NCBI GenBank assembly: GCA_024704765.1
Contig: JAKMXF010000255.1
Span: forward strand, 248,001 to 312,000
Reading direction: 5' to 3'
From: Oopsacas minuta
Lineage: Eukaryota; Animalia; Porifera
Length of the DNA: 64,000 nucleotides
Part shown: one piece after another, positions 1 through 10,493 of the stretch
How the letters are laid out: each line of letters opens with the position of its first letter
Numbering within the stretch: position 1 is the first letter of the stretch
Notes under the pieces: model-generated
What the model was told of the DNA's origin: nothing
What the model saw: the letters and a program-made list of their open reading frames with translations, nothing else
The model's database searches: none
Made by a program: the position numbers and the translations under genes

Positions 1-325
1 CCTATCGTATCTACGTCTCCCTTGTGACGTTGAGCGCTCCTTACCTTTCTTGTATTGAGACACCTTATGTACAGTATGTCTCTTTAGACTAGGGCAGTAT
101 GTACGGATGAATTTAGGTATATTAACCATAATGTCAGGGCAATCTAATTCAAAATACAAATAGAATCGGATAAGATAATATACATTAAGAGATTCCCAAC
201 CTGAGAGAACCGCTGTAATAACCGAATTTGGCACGACAGTTATTATCGGCTTCTACATAGGGGCAATTCAAAATATCGTTAGAAACTCATAAAGAATCTA
301 AATTGACCTAATAACAAACAAGCTA

Positions 326-2143
326 TCATCTCATATAGTTCTTATTCTCTTTCTTAGTCTTATCCTTATACACAAAGTGCCTTCTAACCTTTCTACCATT
401 TCCCTGATATCCAGCCTGATTTAATCTCTTTCTAGGTCTATCACTCTTACTACTGTGTACTTTAAGATTAACTGTTGGAGGTATTATAAAGCCGAACGCC
501 TTTGCTACTGTTTTAAGATCGATATTACCTAATTTGAAAACAGATTTAAGGGAATGTGACGCATAAGCTTGGAGATAGGATCTATAAGCATCTTTAGCTG
601 ATCGATGTAAGAAGTAGTTCTTAGTGATAAGTTTCTCAAGTTGAGATTGTATGTTGTAAACTTTACTATTGTCAAATTCATACTCATTCAATGGTACCTT
701 AGCTTGTTTAAGATATTTCAAGAACATTACTTCTTCTGGTAGTAAAAATAGGAGAGCGTTACCTTTCCCTCCCTCCCCTCTAGCTGTTCTACCCACACGA
801 TGTATGTACTCCTTAGGATCATCAGGGGGGTCAAATTGTACAATCCAATCGACTTGTGGGATGTCTAGTCCCCTAGCTGCCACATCTGTACAGAGAAGTG
901 TAGCAGATTCTGCTTGACAAAACTCGTAGAATGTTGTAGTACGTTTCTGCTGCTTCTGCTTACCATGGATATCCATAACACTAATCTCAATGTAATTCAA
1001 AAGTTCTGAGTAGAATTTAACTGCATTACACGATGAGAAGAATACCATTACCTTCTTACCAGCGTTACGTTTAAGAAATGTAAATAATAGCAAGAATCTA
1101 GCTTCGGAGGACACAACTATATACCCTTGTTGTAATCCCTCTACTGTAGAGGTAGACGCGTTATCATCTACACCCACATAGACAGGGCTAGTTTTAAGAG
1201 ATAGTGTTACTAGGTTTTTAACATCATTACTCTGTGTAGCTGAGAATAGCATAGTTTGTCTATTCTCTGAGGGTAGTATTCTAATTATTTGTTTCATTTC
1301 TTCTTCAAATCCAATCTCCATTATCCTATCAGCTTCATCAATAACCAAACATTTCAAGTTATGGAATAAGAAACCATCAGTACTGTGTAGATGGTCTAGA
1401 AGACGGCCTGGTGTAGCAATAAGGAGGTTAACTCCTCTACCCAATTTATCTGCTTCTATCCGTCTATTAGCTCCTCCCATAACTAATCCAAATGTTTGAC
1501 TATGATTTTTCATGAGCTCTGAAGCTACTCCATATGTCTGTAGAGATAATTCTCTAGTGGGAGATATTATAATAACACCAGTACCTCTCCTGGGATTGAA
1601 TTTCAACTTATACAGCAGTTCTATAACAGGTATTAAGAATGCTAATGTTTTGCCAGATCCTGTCTTTGCTGCTCCCATTAGATCAGCTCCACGTAGTAGA
1701 GGGCGTATAGCTTTATGCTGTATTTCTGTCATACGTGTAAATCCCATTTCTTCAATTCCTTTTAGTGTTTTATAACTAACCTTATCAGATAATGAAGAGA
1801 AGAGATAAGTAGATTCTAATAGGGAAGTTGGTGGAGTATCTGTAGATGAATTATTTGGTATTATTTGGTTAGTTTCCAGAGTATTTTTCATATCCTCATG
1901 GGATTTAGATGATGAGTTAACTTCCTCATTCTCTATAGCTGAGGTATCTACGTTTTCTACTATAGGTTGTTGTTGTTGTTGTTGTTGTTGTTGTGAGTTC
2001 TGTTTAGATAGAGACTGCAATAGTTTTATTCTCTTATTCAGATCACATTTACGTTTACCTTTTGATTGAGGAAGATGGGTTAGTGTCTTATTATTCCTGT
2101 GATTCTTCTTCTTATTAATCTTAGGCATCTTGTGAGATAACAA
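326..2143 (-). CDS. DDX18: ATP-dependent DEAD-box RNA helicase DDX18/Has1, intronless; first ATG is at 2128
   Basis: Motifs [32 protein letters not shown] and HRVGRTARG, plus the Has1-type C-terminus [16 protein letters not shown]. Confidence 0.95.
   Translation of the reverse strand: MLSHKMPKINKKKNHRNNKTLTHLPQSKGKRKCDLNKRIKLLQSLSKQNSQQQQQQQQQPIVENVDTSAIENEEVNSSSKSHEDMKNTLETNQIIPNNSSTDTPPTSLLESTYLFSSLSDKVSYKTLKGIEEMGFTRMTEIQHKAIRPLLRGADLMGAAKTGSGKTLAFLIPVIELLYKLKFNPRRGTGVIIISPTRELSLQTYGVASELMKNHSQTFGLVMGGANRRIEADKLGRGVNLLIATPGRLLDHLHSTDGFLFHNLKCLVIDEADRIMEIGFEEEMKQIIRILPSENRQTMLFSATQSNDVKNLVTLSLKTSPVYVGVDDNASTSTVEGLQQGYIVVSSEARFLLLFTFLKRNAGKKVMVFFSSCNAVKFYSELLNYIEISVMDIHGKQKQQKRTTTFYEFCQAESATLLCTDVAARGLDIPQVDWIVQFDPPDDPKEYIHRVGRTARGEGGKGNALLFLLPEEVMFLKYLKQAKVPLNEYEFDNSKVYNIQSQLEKLITKNYFLHRSAKDAYRSYLQAYASHSLKSVFKLGNIDLKTVAKAFGFIIPPTVNLKVHSSKSDRPRKRLNQAGYQGNGRKVRRHFVYKDKTKKENKNYMR
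1966..1992 (-). repeat. (CAA)n microsatellite encoding a 9-Gln tract in the DDX18 N-terminus
   Basis: Perfect GTT run on the plus strand; the ORF reads [11 protein letters not shown]. Confidence 0.9.
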
Positions 2144-2475
2144 TAAGTCAGTAAAAAGCTAATAAGGTTTATCTTAAAAGTAGTATAGTGTAAATTTATA
2201 ATACAGAGACGGATCCGGGATAATTTGGGAGAGTTGAAATTAGAGAAAGTAACCATTGCAAGTGCCAGCCAGAAACATCAGAAAAAGAGAACATTTAAGA
2301 AGAATCCAGTATTCCTTATCCTAATATGGAATGTAAGTAGTATACTCCTATCAGATGAGTTACTCAGATATTTATTAAAATTCTAATGAAGTAATAACTG
2401 TAAGTAAAAATAACAAATAACTGCATGATAGCTATGCTCATTGCTTGACCGACATGACCTAAGTAAAACTATAAG

Positions 2476-4056
2476 TCAAGTTTCCATGGAATAAATAGAA
2501 GTTTCCAATTCTTCACTTATCCTCATCCACTCCTTATCACTCAACTCATCATCATCATTATCATCAAAATCAGCTATAGTATCTATATCAATATACTCAG
2601 TATACTCTTCTACAGTATTATTAGTAAAATCCTGCATGAATTCTAAAGGTATCGGCATTTCATTGGATCTGAATTGAGCCCGTTTGCATTCAGGGTCATA
2701 ACACTTTTGATAATACGTCATCTTCTCTATGTTAGCTAATAACATAATATTATTACTCTTATGATGTCTCTGTATATTCTCACAGTAACGATACCCTATT
2801 ATGTCATATATTACTAATTTAGATTCTGAGAGATATGTAACTCTACGTATCTTCCCAGGGGAATTATCTCGTGTTATAAAGTGCTGGATGAACTTATCTA
2901 GAGGGGGAAAAGGCGAAGATTCTCTATAATCTAAGAGTACTGATTGTGTATGTGTGGGTATATGAGGGAGGAATATATCTTTATTTGATTCAGGTTGTAG
3001 TCCTGGATGTGTAAATGATAATATTCTGAGGTTTTCTTCAAATAAAATATAACATATGAGAGAGTCAAATAAGATATTGATGTGTTTTGATACACGAACC
3101 TTTGTATTATTATTTTCCTCACTTATCCCTGGTTCAATGTGTTTAGAAACGAATTTATTCTCTTTTGCAAGTCTTAGATCAATATCTTTCCCAAGCTTTG
3201 AAGAACGGTAGAGACGGAAATTTCTATTTTTAGTATACACTCCTTCATCACAAATTAATACTTCATAGCCTTTATCGTTGTTAACGAATAATCTTAATAG
3301 GGATTCCTTGTTAGGACAATCCATTAGATTAGGTTTCCAGCTAGATAACTTATTGGCAGATTCAGTCTGAACTGGTTTAATGAAATGCATTGAATCAGTT
3401 GATCTAAGTGTACGTAACTCATCACAGATGAATACTACAAACTTACCAACCTCTCTGCTATTTTGGAATGCAGTATTAGGAAGATGGAATATAAGATGAC
3501 GTGAAAACTTCCTCCCGCTGGTCGAATCAAGATCCATCACATTATGCCTATCACAAGATATACCAAATATTGAATGCAAACAGTAACAAACAAACTGTAT
3601 GAAAATCTCTAACAACTCAACTCCATTAATATTCGGATTAAGCAGTTTTGGGAATTCTATATCAAAGTATAATCTACAAGCAGTGCCTTCTACTATAACT
3701 TCGTAGAAGTGAGGATTAATTTTCTCCTCAAGGATGTAGTTTAGATAGCGATGTACAAATGTGTGATATGAGCTAACCACAAAATGACGCTGTCCAGAAG
3801 TACCAAATTTCGCAGATTCGAAAGAAAACACACCCACTCTGTATCGGCAAGAGTAATAGAACTGAATAGCTAAGTTTTGCTTAGGAAATTCCTTCCAAAC
3901 TCTAATATCTTGTGCACGTTTTTCTAAAGAGATCGTTGCAGTTGAGTTGTCAAATCTAGATTCCTTTTTTGTAGATTGTGCTTGTTCTATTCGTTTTAAC
4001 ATTTTCATATGTCTGCCATAACTTGCGGACTTCTCTTCCTTGAGTGTTAATGACAT
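2476..4056 (-). CDS. PRIMPOL: DNA-directed primase/polymerase PrimPol, intronless
   Basis: AEP motifs CRLYFDIEF (DxE), FSRHLIF (SxH) and DEGVYTKNRNFRL, plus the UL52-type Zn finger CENIQRHHKSN...QKCYDPEC. Confidence 0.93.
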   Translation of the reverse strand: MSLTLKEEKSASYGRHMKMLKRIEQAQSTKKESRFDNSTATISLEKRAQDIRVWKEFPKQNLAIQFYYSCRYRVGVFSFESAKFGTSGQRHFVVSSYHTFVHRYLNYILEEKINPHFYEVIVEGTACRLYFDIEFPKLLNPNINGVELLEIFIQFVCYCLHSIFGISCDRHNVMDLDSTSGRKFSRHLIFHLPNTAFQNSREVGKFVVFICDELRTLRSTDSMHFIKPVQTESANKLSSWKPNLMDCPNKESLLRLFVNNDKGYEVLICDEGVYTKNRNFRLYRSSKLGKDIDLRLAKENKFVSKHIEPGISEENNNTKVRVSKHINILFDSLICYILFEENLRILSFTHPGLQPESNKDIFLPHIPTHTQSVLLDYRESSPFPPLDKFIQHFITRDNSPGKIRRVTYLSESKLVIYDIIGYRYCENIQRHHKSNNIMLLANIEKMTYYQKCYDPECKRAQFRSNEMPIPLEFMQDFTNNTVEEYTEYIDIDTIADFDDNDDDELSDKEWMRISEELETSIYSMET

Positions 4057-4080
4057 GCTAAGAGCTGGTAGAAGTCAATC
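4057..4080 (-). promoter_or_regulatory. 3' splice-acceptor-like site 1 nt before the PRIMPOL ATG (candidate trans-splice acceptor)
   Basis: Minus strand reads GATTGACTTCTACCAGCTCTTAG|cATG; only 149 bp separate it from the NUDCD2 stop. Confidence 0.5.
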
Positions 4081-4205
4081 ATAGCAATGAATATTTTCGA
4101 GAAAAATGTCCATATATACATATTGTAGCGAATTTCAACAATTTATCTCTATACATGGAGATACTCATGCATTTCAATAAAATAAGTATACAAAACTATA
4201 TGCAA

Positions 4206-4676
4206 TTATTTATTATCAAATTCCATGTTAGGTCCTCCCTTATGGTAGTTCCCACTAATATCAGCATTACTGAAATCAAATCCAGGATTTTCTAGATGGA
4301 ATCTCTCCAGGGTGAGTTTCTTCTCCATATCATCGAATACCTTTGGATCAGCCGCGAATTTGTCTTTTAGAAGAGATTTCCAACAATTTCTTGCCTCTCT
4401 TATACTCTTAATTAATATAATTTCTATTTCTCTTCCATCATTTATACTCCAGGTGCTCTCATCTTCAATTACAGTGCTATACAACTGTCCGCTAAATAAT
4501 ACCACTGATTGTATTACAAGTTTAATAGAATTTGGTTTAATTTGACAGTTCACTTCTCTTCCTGATGTTTTAGTTTTAAGATTCACTGTAATCTGAACTT
4601 CTTCTACTGTCTGTGCCCAGCTTCCCCATTCAGTAGTACATTGTATTAATCCTGATTTCTCATCGAAATGAGCCAT
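4206..4676 (-). CDS. NUDCD2: NudC domain-containing protein 2
   Basis: WGSWAQTVEEV N-terminus, CS domain, and C-terminal KKLTLERFHLENPGFDFSNADISGNYHKGGP. Confidence 0.93.
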   Translation of the reverse strand: MAHFDEKSGLIQCTTEWGSWAQTVEEVQITVNLKTKTSGREVNCQIKPNSIKLVIQSVVLFSGQLYSTVIEDESTWSINDGREIEIILIKSIREARNCWKSLLKDKFAADPKVFDDMEKKLTLERFHLENPGFDFSNADISGNYHKGGPNMEFDNK

Positions 4677-4700
4677 CTAATTACAAATGCTATTAGATGA
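4677..4700 (-). promoter_or_regulatory. 3' splice-acceptor-like site abutting the NUDCD2 ATG
   Basis: Minus strand reads CTAATAGCATTTGTAATTAG|ATG. Confidence 0.5.
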
Positions 4701-4825
4701 TCAAGATTAGTCAAATCAAGGACTGTAGCGAGCAGATTTCAATTGGTCAGTTTCACGGATACAAATGTATGGAGCTACCCAAGTTGGTTCAGTTGAAACC
4801 TGACCAACGGAGCCGTCTCCTACCG

Positions 4826-4943
4826 CAGCGGTTCCCAACCTAGGGTCCATGGACCCGTTGGTGGTTCACAGAATCTCAAAATTTGTATTACAGTCTATGG
4901 AATATGGGAGGGGGTCCAACGGATGAAAAAGGTTGTGAAGCCT
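4826..4943. mobile_element. hAT/Charlie-like MITE (TIR CAGYGGTTCCCAACCT)
   Basis: CAGCGGTTCCCAACCTAGGGTCC...AAAAAGGTTG. The same element occurs at 53074 and 61236; related pieces at about 35855-35950, 40465-40564, 49350-49452 and 56690-56785. Confidence 0.65.
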
Positions 4944-5099
4944 ATCCTATGATCATGAAGTCGTCCACATAATTTACATAATAACGATCAAGGAAAATAT
5001 CAAATTAAAATATTTGTCCAAATAATAAAAATTGAAACTAAAAGAGAAACAAACATTAGCTAATAAGAGAATTTGTAGAATGGAAGAAGAAAGCTAAAA

Positions 5100-6248
5100 C
5101 TAAAGTTTAAAACTTGGTTTAGTAATAGTTAAGAGCGTGACGTTGTATGAGTTAGAAAACTCACAATACTGCTTATCCACTCGTTTATATCCCAGTATAT
5201 CATCCTCTTTAACTCCGAGGATAGAGTTAGGACAAATAGAAGACTGATTCACGAACAGAGTTAGTAGTACATTACCAGGATTGAATGTAGTAACTAATTT
5301 CTTTACTATTTCAGTGTAATCCTTTTCCGGCCAGTTCGTCTCTAGGCTGAGATAGGAGCATTCTGTCTGTGGAGTCACGTGACAATTTACATAGAATTGG
5401 CCTTTTATACCATTGAGAGAGAATCCACATGGATCAAATGCCTTGAGATCAAATATGAAGGTAGGGAACAGAGATTTGATACCAACAGCCTCACACATCT
5501 CTTCAGCTGTTCCATGAACTGCTAGGATAAAGTGTGACATTATTTCAGACGGGAGTGAAGTCATAAGGATCTCAAGTGTTTGATCAGCTTGTTGGTTCTT
5601 AACGTAATTATCTACTGTATACAGATACCATGGATCTCCATTAAGACGACCTAGAATGTAAGCACTAGCTGAACCGAATAAACCACTCAAATATTTAACT
5701 TCTTCATCAAAAGATCGATGCGGACTAACCTGTGCAAATGGATCAGTATATCCTCTACGGGAATAGAACACATCCTTAACAACAGACAGCTTACATCTCT
5801 CACGAGCAAATGTAAGAATAGGTTGTAATGCAGCTAATGGTGTAGTAGTTCCACAGGTTTTGAGGATAAACTTATTATCAAATACAATTAGACTACTCTC
5901 ACTGAGTATGTATGCATCTATCTTATCATTACTTATAACACTAAGTACAGTGCATTTAGCATAGTGCTTTAGGATATGATTCCATTCTTCCTCTGAGATA
6001 AGACGTAAGCTAGGCCAGATGCTACGATCAGCTGATTTGCTTGTCACAGCCTCATTATCTACATGAATATTCTCCTCTATATTCTCCACCAGAGGATCAT
6101 CAGGTTCTGATTCAAGCCATACCTCCAACAATTTCTCTGTACCCTCAAAGAACCCTACATGATTTAGTATATCTCTGGCATCTTGGTAGATCTTAGGAGA
6201 GTCACTCCTCTTTTTGAACTGACTATAAGAAGCTATTGGATCGACCAT
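5100..6248 (-). CDS. AMD1: S-adenosylmethionine decarboxylase proenzyme, intronless CDS
   Basis: FEGTEKLLEVW, the self-cleavage site YILSE/SSL, ILKTCGTT, FDPCGFSLN and HVTPQ. Confidence 0.95.
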   Translation of the reverse strand: MVDPIASYSQFKKRSDSPKIYQDARDILNHVGFFEGTEKLLEVWLESEPDDPLVENIEENIHVDNEAVTSKSADRSIWPSLRLISEEEWNHILKHYAKCTVLSVISNDKIDAYILSESSLIVFDNKFILKTCGTTTPLAALQPILTFARERCKLSVVKDVFYSRRGYTDPFAQVSPHRSFDEEVKYLSGLFGSASAYILGRLNGDPWYLYTVDNYVKNQQADQTLEILMTSLPSEIMSHFILAVHGTAEEMCEAVGIKSLFPTFIFDLKAFDPCGFSLNGIKGQFYVNCHVTPQTECSYLSLETNWPEKDYTEIVKKLVTTFNPGNVLLTLFVNQSSICPNSILGVKEDDILGYKRVDKQYCEFSNSYNVTLLTITKPSFKL

Positions 6249-6268
6249 CTGAATTAGGGGAAACTAGC
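6249..6268 (-). promoter_or_regulatory. 3' splice-acceptor-like site abutting the AMD1 ATG
   Basis: Minus strand reads TAGTTTCCCCTAATTCAG|ATG (pyrimidines, CTAAT, CAG). Confidence 0.6.
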
Positions 6269-6560
6269 AATTGTTCCTATTCAAATTAAGTGGATTTATT
6301 TTACTTATTTGTAAATTAAAATCTCAAAAAGTTTTCATAAATTGATAATAATAATAAATCAAAAGGAAAATTTGAGACATGATCTACGCACACTAAAGAG
6401 CTCATTGAGTTATGTAATATGCGTGCTGTAAGTTGTATGGCTAAATCTGTGGTAAGAAGTTAGTCTAAAATGGCTGCAACCAAATCCTTTATTTCTCAAC
6501 CTTAGCATTGTAATACAATCTCTCTACTCAATTCAAATTGATCAGTGTTTATTAACAATT

Positions 6561-8144
6561 TTGAGAGAAATGTTGAATGAATTAAATCGAAGGAAAGGCG
6601 AGAAAGTACACAAAAGCACGCCCAATGAAGATCATAACGATATAATTCCTGCAAAACCATCTGAAAGATTACAGCAACAATACAAAAGGAAACTTTTCTA
6701 CATACTAGCAACACTAACTCTACTCAATTTTATAGCGGGTAGTTTATTCATTCTGAGATTTTATTACCAAGACCATCTCCCACCTTACAAAATTAGCAAT
6801 GATTACATCACGTGGAATATAGACGAGAACGAACAGTTTGCGAGAAAAGCCGCAGACGGGGCTAAACCAATGTTAATCAAAGGAAGTGTAGTGAACAAAT
6901 GGTATGCAATGAAACGCTGGAATATAGACTATCTCACGAAAAAGATAAATAAATTGAACAACGTGTATACCAACACAAATAAATGGTTTGGCCCTTATTA
7001 CGACCCCAACAAGGATTTTGCCCCATTTGTAGCAAGAAGGAATCCTTACAAAGATGACGTCACTATGAAATCAGCTGATTTCTTCCAACATATCAGCACT
7101 AAAGTTGAAGAACAGGATTTATTCTTATACTACACAGGTGGTATTGATTCTATAGGACAGTGGGCATCAGTGGATGTACAGCCGATAGAAGAGCTAATAT
7201 CTCTCAAACCAAGTCATAACTCCATCAATGTATGGCTCGGAGAACCTGGAGTAATAGCACACATGCATTATTGTGAATATCATAATTTCTACGTGCAAAT
7301 ACAAGGCAGTAAGAAGTTTACAGTATTCTCTCCTTCAGAATGGATACACGTGTATCCATATCCTTATCTACACCCACATCATGCACAAGCACAAGTTAAT
7401 ATTAGCAATGTTAATGATACAGATAAGTTCCCTTTTATAACAAAAGCTACTGGTATGGAGATTACGTTAGAACCTGGAGATCTGCTGTATCTACCTCCTC
7501 TATGGTTCCACCACGTAGAAGCTCTTGAAACCAGCATTTCAGTGAATGCTTGGTCAGATAGCGAACAAACACCCATTGTAAAGAGGATATTCTCACATGA
7601 CGTACCAATATCTGAGGAGAACGAACGCAACAAGGCTATATCAACAGTGCTAATTATTGACGGGATATTTGATAGAGTATGTGCTCGTAAGAAATGCTTG
7701 GGACTAATAGAAGAAGAATTATGGAATAGATACAATACTACATATCAAGTTGTGCTGAAAAGGAAGTCAACTTACCAGCTGTTCAAAATGTACAAGATAA
7801 GATATAAACTGACACAGAGAGTTCTAGAATATTCCATAGGTAGTCATAGTCCATGGTCAGATGAGTATAACGGTATGTTATGTGAAGGGGAGGAATTATA
7901 CGAAGAATTAGTGAGGGATGTAATAAAAGAAATGTACAGTGGAAGAAATAAAGTATTACTTAACGCTTATTTACAAAATATAGCAAATTTAGTAGCAAAA
8001 CTCCCTAATGATACATGGGAAATATGGCTAGGAAACTATATAGAGTTTTTAGCATTCAACACAGTCCCAGTTGAGATGGTAGGTAACTTTTTCAAGCATT
8101 CGTTTTCTTGTTTAGAAATAGCATTTGAGAATAGCTTATTATAG
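6561..8144 (+). CDS. JmjC/cupin-8 family 2-oxoglutarate/Fe(II) oxygenase-like protein with an N-terminal membrane anchor; first ATG at 6570
   Basis: VWLGEPGVIAHMHYCEYHNFYVQIQGSKKF and LEPGDLLYLPPLWFHHV, plus the hydrophobic segment LFYILATLTLLNFIAGSLFIL. Confidence 0.8.
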   Translation: MREMLNELNRRKGEKVHKSTPNEDHNDIIPAKPSERLQQQYKRKLFYILATLTLLNFIAGSLFILRFYYQDHLPPYKISNDYITWNIDENEQFARKAADGAKPMLIKGSVVNKWYAMKRWNIDYLTKKINKLNNVYTNTNKWFGPYYDPNKDFAPFVARRNPYKDDVTMKSADFFQHISTKVEEQDLFLYYTGGIDSIGQWASVDVQPIEELISLKPSHNSINVWLGEPGVIAHMHYCEYHNFYVQIQGSKKFTVFSPSEWIHVYPYPYLHPHHAQAQVNISNVNDTDKFPFITKATGMEITLEPGDLLYLPPLWFHHVEALETSISVNAWSDSEQTPIVKRIFSHDVPISEENERNKAISTVLIIDGIFDRVCARKKCLGLIEEELWNRYNTTYQVVLKRKSTYQLFKMYKIRYKLTQRVLEYSIGSHSPWSDEYNGMLCEGEELYEELVRDVIKEMYSGRNKVLLNAYLQNIANLVAKLPNDTWEIWLGNYIEFLAFNTVPVEMVGNFFKHSFSCLEIAFENSLL

Positions 8145-8210
8145 TGTTATGTAACTATATTGTATCTAATGGGAAATGTCTAATAAAGCTAATATAGAAA
8201 TATAAGAGTA

Positions 8211-9701
8211 TTATTTTGGTGTAAAGTATCCAAATACTCCAGATGCTGTATTGCCTAAACCTTTCTGTATATCACCAGGAACCCAAGACCAAGCGTAACG
8301 AACAGGTCTGTCGATAAGCGTTATAATATACTCAGGATAAGAGTCCGGGTTTTTATTTGGTATCCCAGATCTTCTGCTAACCAGATAGAAGATAACAGCA
8401 GCTGTACATACTGTAGGTAAGACAATCGCCAATGAAATCAATAGTCTGTTGATTATCATATCTTGTCTGTGTGTAATTTTAATTACTTCTGAGTAAGGAG
8501 TAGAGGTGAATGCTACGGAGGGATAAAGAGGTTTAAACGTGGAAGGAAATATTTTCGCTAGCATGAAAGTCATCTTTCTTCTTATTCTGAATAATATGGA
8601 ATTCACTTTTGCTCTCATTTCAACATAGTTGTAGAGAGATAGTTGACAAACTGCAAGTGAATCAGGATGCCGCACTAGAGAGTACTCAGTCATTGCTAAC
8701 TTGAAATCGTTATCGTTCTTTTGTAAAATAGAAATGAACTTTTCACAATCTTCAAACCCAGAGTTCATCCCTTGTCCAAAGAAGGGTACCATAGCATGAG
8801 CAGCATCTCCTAACAGCAATGCACTACGATGGTGATAAGGATTACATTTCACAGTTAACAATCTACCAGTTGGATTAGCAAAGAAGTCATCTGTCAGTTT
8901 TCTAACTCCAATCAATTCCATCGCATCTGGGAAGTTATCTTTGAAGAAATTAACAACTTTTTGATTAGTATCGAGATCAGCGAATATATTACGAGGTACG
9001 AAGAGAGTGAGAGTAAACGACTTATCATGATTTCCTAGGGCAATCAACATGAACTCATTGCGAGGCCAAATATGCAAATAGTTAGGATCGATAGCAAAAT
9101 CATCATCCTTCATAGAAATCTCTAATTCCTTGTAATTATGTTGAATAAATTCTTGAGAGAACAAATCCAAACTCCAAATCATTTCTTTCCTAACTATCGA
9201 GTTTGCTCCATCACAACCGAATAAATAGTCGTACTTAACAGTAGTGATACAGGGATTATTGCTTCCATCCAATTCATCTAATTTCTCAAAAGAGACAGAA
9301 TTAATCACGAAATTTACAGACGAACATTTATGTCTGAAGAATATCTTCACACCCTTTTGCTCTGCTTTTTCAAGCAAGAGCTCGTTCAACTTTTTGCGGT
9401 TAACAGAATGTATACAATCACCATTAGGGCTGTAATCTAGAGTGAAATATGTCTCATCTTTGTTGTGAATATATCGCCCACGCATAGGCACAGAAGTAGC
9501 TAGTACCTCTTCTTCACATTCTACTAACCCAAGAGCATGTCTACCTCTAGTAGAGAGAGCTAAATTGATACTCTTGCCTTCTTCTTTCCCTATCCTAGGG
9601 TCTATACGCGTGTCGAATAATCTTACTTCAAAACCTAACCGAGCAAGCATGAGTGCATGTAATGATCCGACCAACCCTCCGCCAACTACTATAATACTCA
9701 T
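8211..9701 (-). CDS. KMO: Kynurenine 3-monooxygenase, intronless
   Basis: GGGLVG FAD motif, SINLALSTRG, YLHIWPR, LLGDAAHAMVPFFGQGMNSGFEDC and a C-terminal TM segment. Confidence 0.93.
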   Translation of the reverse strand: MSIIVVGGGLVGSLHALMLARLGFEVRLFDTRIDPRIGKEEGKSINLALSTRGRHALGLVECEEEVLATSVPMRGRYIHNKDETYFTLDYSPNGDCIHSVNRKKLNELLLEKAEQKGVKIFFRHKCSSVNFVINSVSFEKLDELDGSNNPCITTVKYDYLFGCDGANSIVRKEMIWSLDLFSQEFIQHNYKELEISMKDDDFAIDPNYLHIWPRNEFMLIALGNHDKSFTLTLFVPRNIFADLDTNQKVVNFFKDNFPDAMELIGVRKLTDDFFANPTGRLLTVKCNPYHHRSALLLGDAAHAMVPFFGQGMNSGFEDCEKFISILQKNDNDFKLAMTEYSLVRHPDSLAVCQLSLYNYVEMRAKVNSILFRIRRKMTFMLAKIFPSTFKPLYPSVAFTSTPYSEVIKITHRQDMIINRLLISLAIVLPTVCTAAVIFYLVSRRSGIPNKNPDSYPEYIITLIDRPVRYAWSWVPGDIQKGLGNTASGVFGYFTPK

Positions 9702-9749
9702 TTCTAGAATTGAATCTATAATTAGTAGTTATTTAGCATTCAAAGTATA

Positions 9750-9927
9750 CAGGTCATCCCTGTTATATCCAAGCTCAAGGGACCGCGAAAATTACTTCGA
9801 AGTAGTGAATTTTGATATAACCGATGAAAGATGTTACTATTTTTTGGGGTCATATTAGCACAATTTCAAACTTTGATATAAGCATGCATTTTGATATATC
9901 CGTGTTCGATATGACGGGAGTTGACTG
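9750..9927. mobile_element. pogo/Tigger-like MITE, family A (TIR about CAGTCAACTCCCGTTATATCGAA)
   Basis: Degenerate left TIR CAGGTCATCCCTGTTATATCCAA; right TIR TTCGATATGACGGGAGTTGACTG; internal AAGCTCAAGGGACCGCG shared with other copies. Confidence 0.7.
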
Positions 9928-10493
9928 AATATGAATGACTTATAAGTGTTCTAAAACTCTGTTATAATCAGTATTCGAGTATTAATCCTGAGTAAAAGTT
10001 GAAGTTTAGCATGTTGTAATATCTAGTTAGATAAATACTCATTAAGCTATCCATTCTACTGAAACCAAAGCAGGGTCATGATATACGTTAGATCACAGGA
10101 AATCTGATAGAATATTCATAGAGTTCATACACAGAGACAATAGCCAGACATATCTAAGTTGTATGTTAAAACTATTGTAACAAAAAATTCGGCGATTAAC
10201 TTCATCACAGAATCTGCTAAATATGTTCCTAGCAGCAAAATGCAACACGCTGGCCTTGAATCATCCCAAAGTCAATTGTTTGTATCACCCGGTAAAGAAC
10301 CAATGATTATATTGAATGAAATTTAGTAACAAGGTTGTCTTCAGGCATTCAGCCTAGTTGCATTGTGTCCTGTTCATAACAAATGCTTGCAAAGATTCTT
10401 TGCAAATTTATTGTGAGGAGGGTACATACATATATGTCATATTGAAATTATAAATACTTACAATATGGAATTGAGTAAATCGTAAATTTCATA

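Noticed and set aside
4743-4807. 13-bp inverted repeat upstream of NUDCD2
   Set aside because: Probably a decayed MITE next to the hAT-like copy; too short to call.
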